The notes: a model not told the origin generated them from the letters alone. Numbered from the stretch's first letter, positions 43,769-53,980 are shown. The stretch: 64,000 bases of DNA from an uncultured Saprospiraceae bacterium (GCA_964479625.1 CAYZMS010000001.1:1442-65441); one strand, 5' to 3'. Program-made: numbers and translations.

Positions 43769-44503
43769 GTGGAAAAAAATAGCTATATCATCACCTTCAT
43801 TCTGATCCTTACGGCCTCTGTTGCCGTTCTGCTTACAGGACTTCGGGAGGTCACCAAGGAAAAAGCGGCCCTAAATGAAGAGATCTTTAACAAAAGGGCT
43901 ATTCTTTCTGCCGTGAATGATCACCTGGGGGAAGGCGTAACTGTCGGGACCCTTTCCGATGAAGAAGTTGCCCAAATTTTCGAAAATAAGGTCGAACAGC
44001 GTGTACTGGATATGGATGGGAATGTCCTGGAAGGCATACAGGCTGATGAGGTCGATATGGCCAAAGAACGCAAGAAGCCTGAACTAGACCGGAAATTGCC
44101 CCTCTATGTTTACGAAAATGAGGAAGAAAAGTATTACATCTTATCGGTCCGTGGTAACGGACTATGGGATGAGATCTGGGGTAGTATCGCCCTGGAAGAT
44201 GATTTAAATACCATCACGGGTGTAGCTTTCGATCACAAGGGAGAAACGCCTGGTCTGGGAGCAGAGATTAAAGACAACCCCGCTTTCCCTGCTCAGTTCA
44301 AGGGAAAACAGATTTATGAAGAAGGGGCTTTCGTAGGGATCACTGTTGTTAAAAATGGAGTGAAAAACCCCAATCACGAGGTGGATGGAATCTCCGGTGC
44401 CACCATCACCAGTGATGGAGTCACAGAGATGGTGAAACGGGGCCTGCAATATTACGAGCCCTACCTGGACCAGTTGAAGCAAAGTTCCATGCTCTTGCAA
44501 TAA
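43769..44503 (+). CDS. nqrC: Na+-NQR subunit C
   Basis: 244 aa with a GTG start, an N-terminal TM helix, GETPGLGAEI and the FMN-attachment motif DGISGATITS. Confidence 0.93.
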   Translation: MEKNSYIITFILILTASVAVLLTGLREVTKEKAALNEEIFNKRAILSAVNDHLGEGVTVGTLSDEEVAQIFENKVEQRVLDMDGNVLEGIQADEVDMAKERKKPELDRKLPLYVYENEEEKYYILSVRGNGLWDEIWGSIALEDDLNTITGVAFDHKGETPGLGAEIKDNPAFPAQFKGKQIYEEGAFVGITVVKNGVKNPNHEVDGISGATITSDGVTEMVKRGLQYYEPYLDQLKQSSMLLQ

Positions 44504-44597
44504 GGTGCCTACTTTGCAACCTACGATAAAGCACAAAAAAGACCTTTAAATAATAGATATCAAGTCCTGGTTTACACAGGTACAAAATACCTTAAAA

Positions 44598-45326
44598 ATG
44601 GCCGAAACAAAAGTTCAAGAAACGAGTACGGTAGTTCAGCAAGAACGGGCGCCTCTCTTTGGTAAGGAAGAACGCCATCTCCTGACAGACCCCTTAAACG
44701 ATAATAACCCGATCACCGTACAGGTGCTGGGGATTTGTAGTGCGCTGGCGGTCACCTCCCTGGTCGCGCCCTCTTTGGTGATGGCTGTAGCAGTTGTTTT
44801 TGTTACTGCTTTTTCGAGTTTGTTCACCTCCCTGCTTCGGAATTACATTCCCAAGTCTGTGCGGATGATCGTCCAGTTGGTAATTATTGCCTCCCTCGTT
44901 ACCGTGGTAGAGTTGACCCTAAAGTACCTGAACTATCCGATCTATAAGCAACTATCTGTTTATATCGGTTTGATCATTACCAACTGTATAGTGATGGGAC
45001 GTCTGGAGGCTTTTGCCATGGCTAATAAGCCCTGGAGAGCTCTGCTGGACGGGATCGGAAATGGATTGGGTTATGGTTTGATCCTGGTCGCAGTGGCCAT
45101 TCTTCGGGAATTATTCGGTAAAGGTTCCTTGTTTGCTGGTACGGGAGTAGAAATGAAAATTATCGGCCCAACAGCTGATTACTGGATCAACACCGATGTT
45201 AACCCCTTCTTCGGCTGGTACGTGAATAACAACCTGATGGTATTACCAGCTGCGGCTATGTTCATTATCGGTATTTTTATATGGATCCAGCGAAGCTATA
45301 ACCAGAAGCTGGTAGATGTATCCTAA
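44598..45326 (+). CDS. nqrD: Na+-NQR subunit D
   Basis: 242 aa. NNPITVQVLGICSALAVT and ITNCIVMGRLEAFA are typical of the NqrD/RnfE family. Confidence 0.95.
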   Translation: MAETKVQETSTVVQQERAPLFGKEERHLLTDPLNDNNPITVQVLGICSALAVTSLVAPSLVMAVAVVFVTAFSSLFTSLLRNYIPKSVRMIVQLVIIASLVTVVELTLKYLNYPIYKQLSVYIGLIITNCIVMGRLEAFAMANKPWRALLDGIGNGLGYGLILVAVAILRELFGKGSLFAGTGVEMKIIGPTADYWINTDVNPFFGWYVNNNLMVLPAAAMFIIGIFIWIQRSYNQKLVDVS

Positions 45327-45356
45327 TTTGACCATTCCAAAAAAAGCAAAATAGCC

Positions 45357-45968
45357 ATGGGCGAATTTTTCAATGTATTCATGAAGGCCGCGTTCATCGA
45401 GAATCTTGTTCTGGCCTACTTTCTGGGAATGTGCTCCTACCTGGCAGTTTCCAAAACGGTCAAAACAGCTTTCGGTCTGGGTTTGGCGGTAATCTTTGTA
45501 TTGGGTATTACCATGCCCATCAATTGGTTGATCAATACCTATCTATTGAGTGAAGCGGGATTGTTTGGAATGGATTTAACCTTCTTGCGGTTTATCCTTT
45601 TCATTGCCGTGATCGCGAGCATGGTACAATTAGTAGAAATGGTAGTAGAGAAATATTCTCCCTCCCTCTACAATGCATTGGGTATCTTCTTGCCCTTGAT
45701 CACTGTAAACTGTGCTATTCTCGGAGGTTCCTTATTTATGGTATCCCGGGAATACAATTTGTCGAACTCCATTGCTTTTGGCTTGGGAGGTGGCTTTGGT
45801 TGGTTCCTGGCGGTGATCGCCATTGCGGCTATCCGGGAACGCATTCGATACTCGAATGTCCCTCCCGCCCTACGTGGCCTGGGGATGGCGTTTATTATTA
45901 CCGGCTTGATGGGAATCGCATTTATGAGCCTGATGGGAATTGATCCGGCTGCTTTTGCCAATAAATAA
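45357..45968 (+). CDS. nqrE: Na+-NQR subunit E
   Basis: 203 aa. NLVLAYFLGMCSYLAVS and LITVNCAILGG are typical of the NqrE/RnfA family. Confidence 0.95.
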   Translation: MGEFFNVFMKAAFIENLVLAYFLGMCSYLAVSKTVKTAFGLGLAVIFVLGITMPINWLINTYLLSEAGLFGMDLTFLRFILFIAVIASMVQLVEMVVEKYSPSLYNALGIFLPLITVNCAILGGSLFMVSREYNLSNSIAFGLGGGFGWFLAVIAIAAIRERIRYSNVPPALRGLGMAFIITGLMGIAFMSLMGIDPAAFANK

Positions 45969-46019
45969 AAACGACGTTCAGGGTATAGTTCCTGTTCGAA
46001 TTTAAAATAAACAATTGTC

Positions 46020-47303
46020 ATGATCATTTTAGCTATCAGCCTACAGACTATCCTAATGGCCGTTGCTGTTTTTAGCGTGGTCATCTTAGCCCTGTCTTTC
46101 ATGCTGATCTCCGCCCGCAAGCGCCTGGTGCCTCAGGGCGATGTAAAGATTATCATTAATGGAGATAAGGAAAACCCATTGATCGTCCAACCGGGTTCTT
46201 CCCTGTTATCCGCTTTGTCTAATAAAAGTGTATTTCTACCCTCTGCCTGCGGAGGTGGTGGTACCTGCGCCATGTGCGAATGCCATGTGGATGCCGGTGG
46301 TGGAGATGTATTACCCACCGAATTAAACCACCTTACGCGCCGGGAAGTTTCGGAAAATAAGCGTTTGGCCTGTCAGGTGAAAGTTCGGGAAGATATGCAG
46401 ATCCGTATTCCTGAGGAGATCTTTGGGATCAAAAAGTGGGATTGCGAAGTGGTTTCCAATTATAACGTCGCTACCTTCATCAAGGAGTTTGTGGTCAAGT
46501 TGCCGGAAGGGGAGCACCTGGAGTTTGAATCCGGAGGATACATTCAGATTGATGTACCCAAGGTGGAAGTGGCTTTCAAGGATTTTGATATTACTGCTCA
46601 CCCCCGAATGGGTAAGAAAGATTTCCAGGCCGATTGGGATAAATTCCAGATGTGGGGCCTGAAAATGAAAAATGACGAGGAACAGTTCCGCGCATATTCT
46701 ATGGCGAATCACCCCGCAGAAGGGAATATTGTCATGCTGAATATTCGCATTGCTACTCCCCCGTGGGATCGAAAAGCCAATGCCTGGATGCCGGTTAATC
46801 CAGGTGTTTGTTCAAGCTATGTTTTTGCACAAGAACCCGGAGACAAGGTTACCATTTCAGGTCCCTACGGTGAATTCTTCATCAAACCTACCGACAAGGA
46901 AATGATCTACATTGGTGGTGGTGCAGGTATGGCGCCCTTGCGGTCCCATATTTTCCACCTGTTCCATACTTTAAAAACAGACCGTAAGGTTTCTTACTGG
47001 TACGGTGGCCGCTCTGTCAAGGAATTGTTCTACCTGGATGATTTTGCAGATATTGAAAAGAATTTCCCCAACTTCTCTTTTCATGTTGCCCTTTCCGATC
47101 CATTGCCCGAAGACAACTGGGAGGGCCCTACCGGCTTCATTCACCAGGTAGTGTTGGAGAATTACCTGAAGAGCCATCCAGAACCCGAAGAGTGTGAGTA
47201 TTATCTTTGCGGTCCACCACTGATGCTATCTGCAGTCCAAAAAATGTTGGACGATCTTGGAGTGCCTGAAGAAAATATCGCTTTCGATGATTTTGGAAGC
47301 TAG
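46020..47303 (+). CDS. nqrF: Na+-NQR subunit F (2Fe-2S ferredoxin + FAD/NADH-binding)
   Basis: 427 aa with an N-terminal TM helix, the [12 protein letters not shown] cluster motif, RAYSMAN (FAD) and [12 protein letters not shown] (NAD). Confidence 0.95.
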   Translation: MIILAISLQTILMAVAVFSVVILALSFMLISARKRLVPQGDVKIIINGDKENPLIVQPGSSLLSALSNKSVFLPSACGGGGTCAMCECHVDAGGGDVLPTELNHLTRREVSENKRLACQVKVREDMQIRIPEEIFGIKKWDCEVVSNYNVATFIKEFVVKLPEGEHLEFESGGYIQIDVPKVEVAFKDFDITAHPRMGKKDFQADWDKFQMWGLKMKNDEEQFRAYSMANHPAEGNIVMLNIRIATPPWDRKANAWMPVNPGVCSSYVFAQEPGDKVTISGPYGEFFIKPTDKEMIYIGGGAGMAPLRSHIFHLFHTLKTDRKVSYWYGGRSVKELFYLDDFADIEKNFPNFSFHVALSDPLPEDNWEGPTGFIHQVVLENYLKSHPEPEECEYYLCGPPLMLSAVQKMLDDLGVPEENIAFDDFGS

Positions 47304-47321
47304 AAAAATGAAGTAACTATT

Positions 47322-47359
47322 AAAAAGGGTTTTCCGGCCAGGCTGAAAAACCCTTTTTT
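47322..47359 (+). terminator. Rho-independent terminator of the nqr operon
   Basis: aaaagggtttt / aaaaccctttt forms an 11-bp perfect stem followed by a T run, 19 nt after the nqrF stop. Confidence 0.8.
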
Positions 47360-47428
47360 AATTGGTGAATAATGAGGGAATGTTCTGGAAATTTATTTTT
47401 TTTAGATTTTCAAGACCCAAGCTGTCCA

Positions 47429-48808
47429 ATGAAAACAACACTTTCCTTCTTTCCATTTATTCTTGTAGTGCAGATGCTGCAAGCGCAATCCTATACTTTC
47501 TACTGGCAAAACCAGTACGGCAGCCAGGGGGTTTTTTTGACTGGAGCGGTGGTAGCGAGTAATTCGGATTACTCTTCGGCAATTTACAACCCGGCAGCAC
47601 TACCGATCGTAGAAGAAAAGGGTGTTTCCCTCTCCTTTCTGGCTGGTGGCCTTAGTAATTTAAAGCTGGAGGGTACTTTTTTGGATGAGTCGGATATTGA
47701 TGACTCGGGTGTTTTTATTCTACCCAAGTTTTTAGCAGTGGGGGATATATTTAAACGGACAAACCTCGTTTTTTTAGTTTACCATCGTAGCTTTCCCGCG
47801 CTAAGTACTACCATACGGGAGGTGGATGTTGATCCGGAGGATCCATCCCTATTACTAGTGGAGAATTTTCATTATGATAACGCCTTTAATGAGGTTGTTG
47901 CTGGCCTGGCGTATGGTGTCAACATTGCTCCAACCTTTAATGCGGGCGTTTCTGTAATCTTCCCAAGTCGCTCTCACTCCGGCAGTTTTAATTCCAGAAG
48001 TGAAAGGCAGTCTATTACGGACCCGGTAACCCTTATTACGAGTACGGTGACAGATGTCGAATTTAACATGGTCCACACAGGAGTACAGTTCAAAACGGGC
48101 TTACATTGGATGCCCTGGGAGCGGTTAAAGCTTGGGTTTACCGTCACTACTCCCTCTGTTTTAAGTCTTTTTAATAGCGGCGACTATTCTTATCGATTTG
48201 TAAATGCTCCGGACCCTGACAGTCCTATCACCATTGATGAAACCAGTAATATTGACGTAGAGACCATGGTGAAGTACCCCTGGGCATTCGGAGCCGGGTT
48301 TGAATTGAATGGAGATCATTGGAATTTACATTTTTCGACCGAACATTTCACTGCCATAGATCCTTATGTTATGCTTCCGGATACAGATGACCCCTATGAT
48401 GGGCTTTCCCCCGGGTATAACAGGACGCCCCGTGATTTGTCTACTTCGGCAAAAAGTGTTACCAACTTTGCGGTTGCCGCAACCTATACCATTAACGAAG
48501 ATCTGCGATTACTTGGGGGGTTCCAAACCGACCAAAATTATTACATACCTTTAGAAGAAGGCATTGATATTCAACCCATTTCCGGGGACTGGAACAACTA
48601 TTACCTATCCTTTGGAGTAGACTTCCGCTTAAATCGGAACCGTTTTGCTGTGGGGGCGCGTTATGGTTTTACTGGAGAACAGGAGGTAAGTACCAATTTC
48701 CGCCCACCCTTTGGGGATAGTGGCGGGATGAGTGAGGAAACCAAACCGACCGTCCGGTATAGCACTTTGAACTTTGCGGTGACCTATAGCTTTGGCGGAA
48801 AAGAATAA
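47429..48808 (+). CDS. Putative outer-membrane beta-barrel protein
   Basis: 459 aa from ATG 47429 (MKTTLSFFPFILVVQMLQAQ signal). Alternating beta-strand pattern with an aromatic-rich C-terminal strand (NFAVTYSFGG). Confidence 0.6.
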   Translation: MKTTLSFFPFILVVQMLQAQSYTFYWQNQYGSQGVFLTGAVVASNSDYSSAIYNPAALPIVEEKGVSLSFLAGGLSNLKLEGTFLDESDIDDSGVFILPKFLAVGDIFKRTNLVFLVYHRSFPALSTTIREVDVDPEDPSLLLVENFHYDNAFNEVVAGLAYGVNIAPTFNAGVSVIFPSRSHSGSFNSRSERQSITDPVTLITSTVTDVEFNMVHTGVQFKTGLHWMPWERLKLGFTVTTPSVLSLFNSGDYSYRFVNAPDPDSPITIDETSNIDVETMVKYPWAFGAGFELNGDHWNLHFSTEHFTAIDPYVMLPDTDDPYDGLSPGYNRTPRDLSTSAKSVTNFAVAATYTINEDLRLLGGFQTDQNYYIPLEEGIDIQPISGDWNNYYLSFGVDFRLNRNRFAVGARYGFTGEQEVSTNFRPPFGDSGGMSEETKPTVRYSTLNFAVTYSFGGKE

Positions 48809-48813
48809 AAGCA

Positions 48814-49758
48814 ATGAGTAAGCAACAACTTCTTTTTGCGGGTATTCTTACCATTGCTTCCATTATTCCCATATTTATAGCTGGTTATTTGGGGAAGATG
48901 GTTTTAGGGGCCATTGTGAGTTTGGCTATGATTTTAAACTTCCTGGTATGTGTTTCGCACGGTCTTAAAATTGGGAATTTAAGCCTGGTGCTTTTCCCCA
49001 TTGTGGGGGTAGCAGCGGTAGCTGTTCACAGTACAGGGTCTGTTGGGGTTGTTTTGTTATTCCTTGCAGTTCTATGTGGGATGACCATATTCTTTGCTTC
49101 CAAGGGGTACATCAATGCCGGGCGTCAACCCTTGTTGTTGGCTATACTGCTTTTATTGGGACCCGAAATGCCCATGAAGGCATGGCTGCCCTTAGGTGTT
49201 TTATTAGCTATAGGAGCAGCCTCCGCCCTTGGGGTTAGTACTTTACTTTTGAAAGGAAGGGTTCCTTCCCTTCAGATCCCCACTCCCAGGGGATTACGGA
49301 TTTTTAGCTTTTGGTTGTTGATCTTTTGTTTGGGAGGTGCAGCTTTTGTACATCTGGAGCACCTGGAATACGGCCAATGGTTTCTCCTCCCTTTGGTCAT
49401 GGATGCCAATCCATTTCCAGGGGTTTCCCGAATGCGGTTTCGGGAACGACTACTTGGCACCATAGCCGGAGCATTATTGGCAATGGTTCTGATCGCCATC
49501 CTGCCGGAGGGCGGTCTAATGGAGGTAGCCCTGGTGGTACTTCTGTTCTTTCTTTTTTATGTAAGTAATCAGGGCTTTTCGGAAATTATCTTCTTCTTAA
49601 CTCCACTGGCCATCCTTATTGCGCATTTCAATGCTCCCTATGACTCGCCGACTTTGGCCTGGATGCGGCTGCTCTACGTGGTCGGAGCCTTTATTATTGG
49701 GTTTTTGGTAAGTCTGTTGTACCAGAAACCCCCAAAGGAACTCCGTATTCAACAGTAA
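48814..49758 (+). CDS. Integral membrane protein, FUSC/aromatic-acid-exporter-like
   Basis: 314 aa with about 8-9 TM helices. The RFRERLLGTIAGALLAMVL motif resembles the FUSC family. Starts 5 nt after the preceding stop. Confidence 0.55.
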   Translation: MSKQQLLFAGILTIASIIPIFIAGYLGKMVLGAIVSLAMILNFLVCVSHGLKIGNLSLVLFPIVGVAAVAVHSTGSVGVVLLFLAVLCGMTIFFASKGYINAGRQPLLLAILLLLGPEMPMKAWLPLGVLLAIGAASALGVSTLLLKGRVPSLQIPTPRGLRIFSFWLLIFCLGGAAFVHLEHLEYGQWFLLPLVMDANPFPGVSRMRFRERLLGTIAGALLAMVLIAILPEGGLMEVALVVLLFFLFYVSNQGFSEIIFFLTPLAILIAHFNAPYDSPTLAWMRLLYVVGAFIIGFLVSLLYQKPPKELRIQQ

Positions 49759-49871
49759 GGGAAGGGAAAAGGACTTGGGCTATATTAGAGGCTGAAGCTT
49801 TTAAGGCGGAGACTATCTCAAGGAGAATGAAGATCCGAGGTAGCCTCCACCTTCGAATGGGACTCTTTTTA

Positions 49872-50165
49872 CTACTTATTTACGCGTACCGTTTTCGGAG
49901 TAATGGTAACAATGCCCGTAATGATACCAATGATCACGTCAACTACCGTATGCTCCGTAGTGATGGTGTAATCTTCAGCACCCGCTGCCAACTCCTTGCT
50001 GTCCACTTCCTTCAAGGGAACCAACCCAAAGAGAATGTACCAGGCGCATTCTTCTACTTCCTGTCCACCTTGAGCACCTTCACCTACTACATGTTCCATG
50101 GTATAGCAAGAGCTCAACATCAGGCTTACCATTAGGAATACCATTGTTTTCTTTAATAGCTTCAT
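49872..50165 (-). CDS. Bor/Iss-family-like small lipoprotein
   Basis: 97 aa with lipobox MLSSC. The C-terminal half (FGLVPLKEVDSKELAAGAEDYTITTEHTVVDVIIGIITGIVTITPKTVRV) aligns by eye with phage lambda Bor (VSGIGQKKTVDAAKICGGAENVVKTETQQTFVNGLLGFITLGIYTPLEARV). Confidence 0.6.
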   Translation of the reverse strand: MKLLKKTMVFLMVSLMLSSCYTMEHVVGEGAQGGQEVEECAWYILFGLVPLKEVDSKELAAGAEDYTITTEHTVVDVIIGIITGIVTITPKTVRVNK

Positions 50166-50220
50166 TTATTAGAGGATTTAAGAGGTTATAAACTTGTTCT
50201 TCAGATATTACGAATATCCG

Positions 50221-50793
50221 TTATAAACCTTTGATACTTCCGATGGAGGATTCCAATAATTTGGCAGTATTTTCCGTGTACATACTTTTGGGGATGAAAT
50301 AGTCCAGTTGGACTGCTTCTCCACGACCGGTCGGGACAAACAACCGGAATTGAATGGCAACTGGTCCCTGAGCAAAGAGTTGAGTCACGGGCAATCCATT
50401 AATGGAAAAATTGCTAACCTGAACCTGCTCGCCGTCCTGGAAGGCAATTAACTCCAGGGATGCGCGTATGCTATCTAGCCTTTCTGGCGAAAGCTCAGGA
50501 CAGTACCCAATAGTCAAATTAGCACCTTCATCAGTTGCCTCATAATTCTGTAATAAAGTGTAAGGATAGTGCAACAGGCTATCCAGGCCAAGCTGAACAA
50601 GTTGAAGTGCAGAGTCGGTACTCGGCGACCACTGTTTCGGAGGGCGAACAGAAAAAGAAAGCGCTCTGCTTTCAAATGGAGCGGCCAGCAATTCCTCCTT
50701 TACCTCGAATTGCATATCAGAACTACTGGTCAACGAATTAGAATCCTGACAGCCTGAACCAGCCAGGATAAGCCCAAACGCCAGAGAAAGCAT
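50221..50793 (-). CDS. Lipoprotein of unknown function
   Basis: 190 aa from ATG 50793 (MLSLAFGLILAGSGC lipobox). Confidence 0.55.
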   Translation of the reverse strand: MLSLAFGLILAGSGCQDSNSLTSSSDMQFEVKEELLAAPFESRALSFSVRPPKQWSPSTDSALQLVQLGLDSLLHYPYTLLQNYEATDEGANLTIGYCPELSPERLDSIRASLELIAFQDGEQVQVSNFSINGLPVTQLFAQGPVAIQFRLFVPTGRGEAVQLDYFIPKSMYTENTAKLLESSIGSIKGL

Positions 50794-51164
50794 CTTTAAC
50801 GCACCCTTTCGAAAATTGGGAGGCGAACATATCATAGGATGACCTTTGAATTAAATCGTTCATTGTTTAAAGAGTACTTCATGTATTTCGCCGGAGCTAA
50901 TATACTACCAATCAAATTACCTTTCCTTGAAAGGTAAACCCTTTTTTGATTCAAAGGATATTGAGCCTTAAAGTAGAGTGTTTTAAGTTGAACGGGTGCC
51001 CCACTTATTGAACCAATTTGGTGGATGGCTAGGCTCCTCCTCCTTGCAGCCCCAATGGAATTCAAGGTAAAAAGATTGCTCAATTCCTTTATTTTCAAGG
51101 AGAATTAGCAGTACTTTTATCTTAACAAGCGAATAGAGATAAGCCCCGAAAAACCCAAAAGACC

Positions 51165-53855
51165 ATGCGTAGACAATTAGACAAAATCCTGCGCCCTCAA
51201 TCCTTAGCGATTGTTGGTGCCTCTGGCCGTGAAGGCTCTGTCGGTTTCGCCCTGCTGCACAATATGAAAGAAGCCGGATTTGAAGGAGCCCTGTATCCCG
51301 TCAATCCAAAACGGGGCGAAGTCCAACAGATAAAGGCCTATAAATCGGTTGCCGATATTCCCACCAGAGTAGATTTGTGTGTTATTTGTACACCGGCTAA
51401 GACGGTTCCCGCTATTGTGGAAGAATGTGGTAAAGCGGGCGTAGGCGGCTTGATCATTATTTCTGCTGGCTTTGCAGAGGCTGGGGCAGAGGGGAAAAGA
51501 ATGTTCAACCAGATATCTGAAACCTGTCGGCATTATGGTATGCGGGTAATAGGCCCTAATTGCCTGGGCTTGATCAGCCCTCCAATGAAGGTCAATGCAA
51601 GTTTCGCAGCTAAAATGGCAAGATCCGGTAATTTGGCACTCATTTCCCAAAGCGGTGCCTTACTGACTTCGATTTTAGACTGGTCGGTGGATCAAAAGGT
51701 AGGGTTCAGCAATTTTGTATCCATTGGTTCCATGATGGATATCGATTTTACGGATCTCATCGACTACTTTGGTACGGATGAACATACTTCCTGCATCCTG
51801 ATCTATATGGAGAGCCTGAAGGATGCTCACCGGTTTATGTCCGCGGCCCGGGCCTTTTCCCGAAATAAACCCATTATTGTATTAAAAGCCGGCCGGAGCG
51901 AGGAGGGGGGCAAGGCCACTATGTCGCATACCGGTTCCCTGGCGGGAAATGATGCTGTATACGATGCTGCCTTTCGAAGAGCCGGGACTATTCGGGTCGA
52001 TACTATTGCCCAGTTATTCAATATTGCTCAGGCTTTGGCCATGCAGCCGCGTCCATTAGGTAACCGCCTGGCCATTGTTACTAATGCCGGTGGACCGGGC
52101 GTTCTTTCAACGGATTTCCTGATCAGGAGAGGTGGTAAACTGGCGGAATTATCCGAGAAAAGTATGAAAACCCTGGATGGGTTCCTACCTCCCGCCTGGA
52201 GCCACAATAATCCCATAGATGTTTTGGGGGATGCCGGGGCGGATAAATATGAAAAAGCAGTCCGGGTATGCCTCCAAGATACAGGTGTAGACGGCGTACT
52301 TGTGATCCTGACTCCTCAATCCATGACCTATCCCGTGGAGATCGCACAAGGGGTCGTGAAAGCGGCAGCAGGAGCCCGTAAACCTGTTTTTGCTGCCTGG
52401 ATGGGGGAGTCAGACGTGCAACAGGGACGAGAAGTACTGGAGACTGGCCGGGTACCCAACTACCGTTATCCGGAAAGCGCTGTTGATGCTTTCGTTAGAA
52501 TGTTCCACTACAATGAGGACCTTAAATTATTATATGAAGCACCGCCGGCTATCCCAGTTGATTTCGAAATAAACCGGGAGAAGGCCCTGGAAATAATTGA
52601 ACGGGTTTACGAAGAGAACCGGAGCATCCTATTGGAAGCTGAAGCAAAGGATTTGATGGGTTGTTACGGTATCCCGGTCAGTCGTAACAAAGTCTGTGGT
52701 ACTCCTGAGGAAGCGATAGCCTTTGCCGATTCCATCGGTTATCCAGTGGTCATGAAGATTGCCTCCAGAGATATCAGCCATAAGACAGATGCCGGAGGGG
52801 TAATATTGAATGTTCGAAATTCAGAAGATGTCCATCGAAGATATGAAGAGATCATTTCGAATGTGCGATCTTATAAAGCGGATGCCCGGATCGACGGCAT
52901 CCTGGTCGAAAAAATGATAACAGGAGGGCATGAGCTACTCATCGGTGCTATTAAAGACCCCATTTTCGGGCCGGTGATCGTCTTTGGCCGGGGAGGGGTG
53001 GCCGTTGAAGTATTTAAAGATACCAAAATGGGCCTACCTCCGTTAAACCTTGCCCTGGCCAACCGATTGATCCAGAATATCCAGATGTATCCGCTACTGG
53101 AAGGCTACCGGGGAATGCCCGGGGCCGATCTGGAAGAATTAGCGCTTGTACTGTATAAGTTCTCCTACCTACTGGTAGATTTTCCGCAGATCAAAGAGGT
53201 AGATATTAATCCTTTCGTCGCTGATGAACATGGGGGGTTGGTGCTGGATGCCCGGGTTGCACTGGATATGGATGCCCGTGAAAACGTTAGGAATTACAAG
53301 CACCTGGTTATTACGCCTTACCCCGGTCGGCAATATTCCAAAACGACCTCTATTAAGGATGCTCCTTCGGTTTTCCTACGGCCCATTCGACCGGAGGATG
53401 AACCGGCTTTGGAAAATATGTTGTTGGATGTTTCCGCTGATTCGATGTACATGCGCTTTTTTGGTTACATTCCTAAAGTGACCCATCAGTGGTTGACCCG
53501 CTTCACCCATATCGATTATGATCGGGAGATCGCCATTGTAGCAGAAGTGGGCCAGGAAGGAGAGCGGGAGATGATCGGTGTAGTGCGTCTGATCGAGGAT
53601 GCCTGGCGCGAAACTGCGGAGTATTCGATTTTAGTTGCTGATAAATGGCAAGGAAAAGGCCTGGGTAACCAATTAACGGATTATATCATCGAAATTGCCC
53701 GCCAGCGAGGCATCCGGAAAATTGTAGCATCTGTACTGCCGGCCAATACCAACATGATCCATATGTTCGAGAATCGAGGTTTTAAGTTTGACCGCTCCGA
53801 TATGGAGATTTTCGATGTAGAATTAGAATTGGAAGGAATTGCCCAGAATAAATAA
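51165..53855 (+). CDS. Pat-like bifunctional protein: ADP-forming acyl-CoA synthetase (CoA-binding + ATP-grasp) fused to a C-terminal GNAT acetyltransferase
   Basis: 896 aa. N-terminus is PQSLAIVGASGREGSVG...NPKRGEV (CoA-binding). ATP-grasp in the middle. C-terminal GNAT motif ILVADKWQGKGLGNQLTDYIIEIARQRG. Confidence 0.88.
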   Translation: MRRQLDKILRPQSLAIVGASGREGSVGFALLHNMKEAGFEGALYPVNPKRGEVQQIKAYKSVADIPTRVDLCVICTPAKTVPAIVEECGKAGVGGLIIISAGFAEAGAEGKRMFNQISETCRHYGMRVIGPNCLGLISPPMKVNASFAAKMARSGNLALISQSGALLTSILDWSVDQKVGFSNFVSIGSMMDIDFTDLIDYFGTDEHTSCILIYMESLKDAHRFMSAARAFSRNKPIIVLKAGRSEEGGKATMSHTGSLAGNDAVYDAAFRRAGTIRVDTIAQLFNIAQALAMQPRPLGNRLAIVTNAGGPGVLSTDFLIRRGGKLAELSEKSMKTLDGFLPPAWSHNNPIDVLGDAGADKYEKAVRVCLQDTGVDGVLVILTPQSMTYPVEIAQGVVKAAAGARKPVFAAWMGESDVQQGREVLETGRVPNYRYPESAVDAFVRMFHYNEDLKLLYEAPPAIPVDFEINREKALEIIERVYEENRSILLEAEAKDLMGCYGIPVSRNKVCGTPEEAIAFADSIGYPVVMKIASRDISHKTDAGGVILNVRNSEDVHRRYEEIISNVRSYKADARIDGILVEKMITGGHELLIGAIKDPIFGPVIVFGRGGVAVEVFKDTKMGLPPLNLALANRLIQNIQMYPLLEGYRGMPGADLEELALVLYKFSYLLVDFPQIKEVDINPFVADEHGGLVLDARVALDMDARENVRNYKHLVITPYPGRQYSKTTSIKDAPSVFLRPIRPEDEPALENMLLDVSADSMYMRFFGYIPKVTHQWLTRFTHIDYDREIAIVAEVGQEGEREMIGVVRLIEDAWRETAEYSILVADKWQGKGLGNQLTDYIIEIARQRGIRKIVASVLPANTNMIHMFENRGFKFDRSDMEIFDVELELEGIAQNK

Positions 53856-53857
53856 AA

Positions 53858-53883
53858 AGTTCCAGGCTGACAGGCCTGGAACT
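53858..53883. terminator. Hairpin between convergent genes, likely the sdh operon terminator on the minus strand
   Basis: agttccaggc / gcctggaact forms a 10-bp perfect stem with a 6-nt loop. An A run on the + side becomes a T run after the hairpin on the minus strand. Confidence 0.6.
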
Positions 53884-53980
53884 GCAAACTTTCGATACTT
53901 AAATATCTGAAGGGCAACTGTATACTTGTAAAGATACAGGAGAAAAGTTACAAACACAATAAAACGTACGTTTTTTTAAC

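Noticed and set aside
50917-50947. Orphan hairpin (ttaccttt / aaaggtaa) followed by T6 on the + strand
   Set aside because: There is no + strand gene or recognisable promoter upstream. It is more likely a 5'-UTR or insulator structure in a divergent promoter region than a distinct element. I noted it but do not consider it worth a claim.
50832-51098. 88-aa minus-strand ORF in the gap between the lipoprotein gene and the Pat-like gene
   Set aside because: It overlaps the upstream region of both flanking genes, has no motifs, and overlaps the 50221-50835 ORF end. It is probably noncoding promoter DNA.
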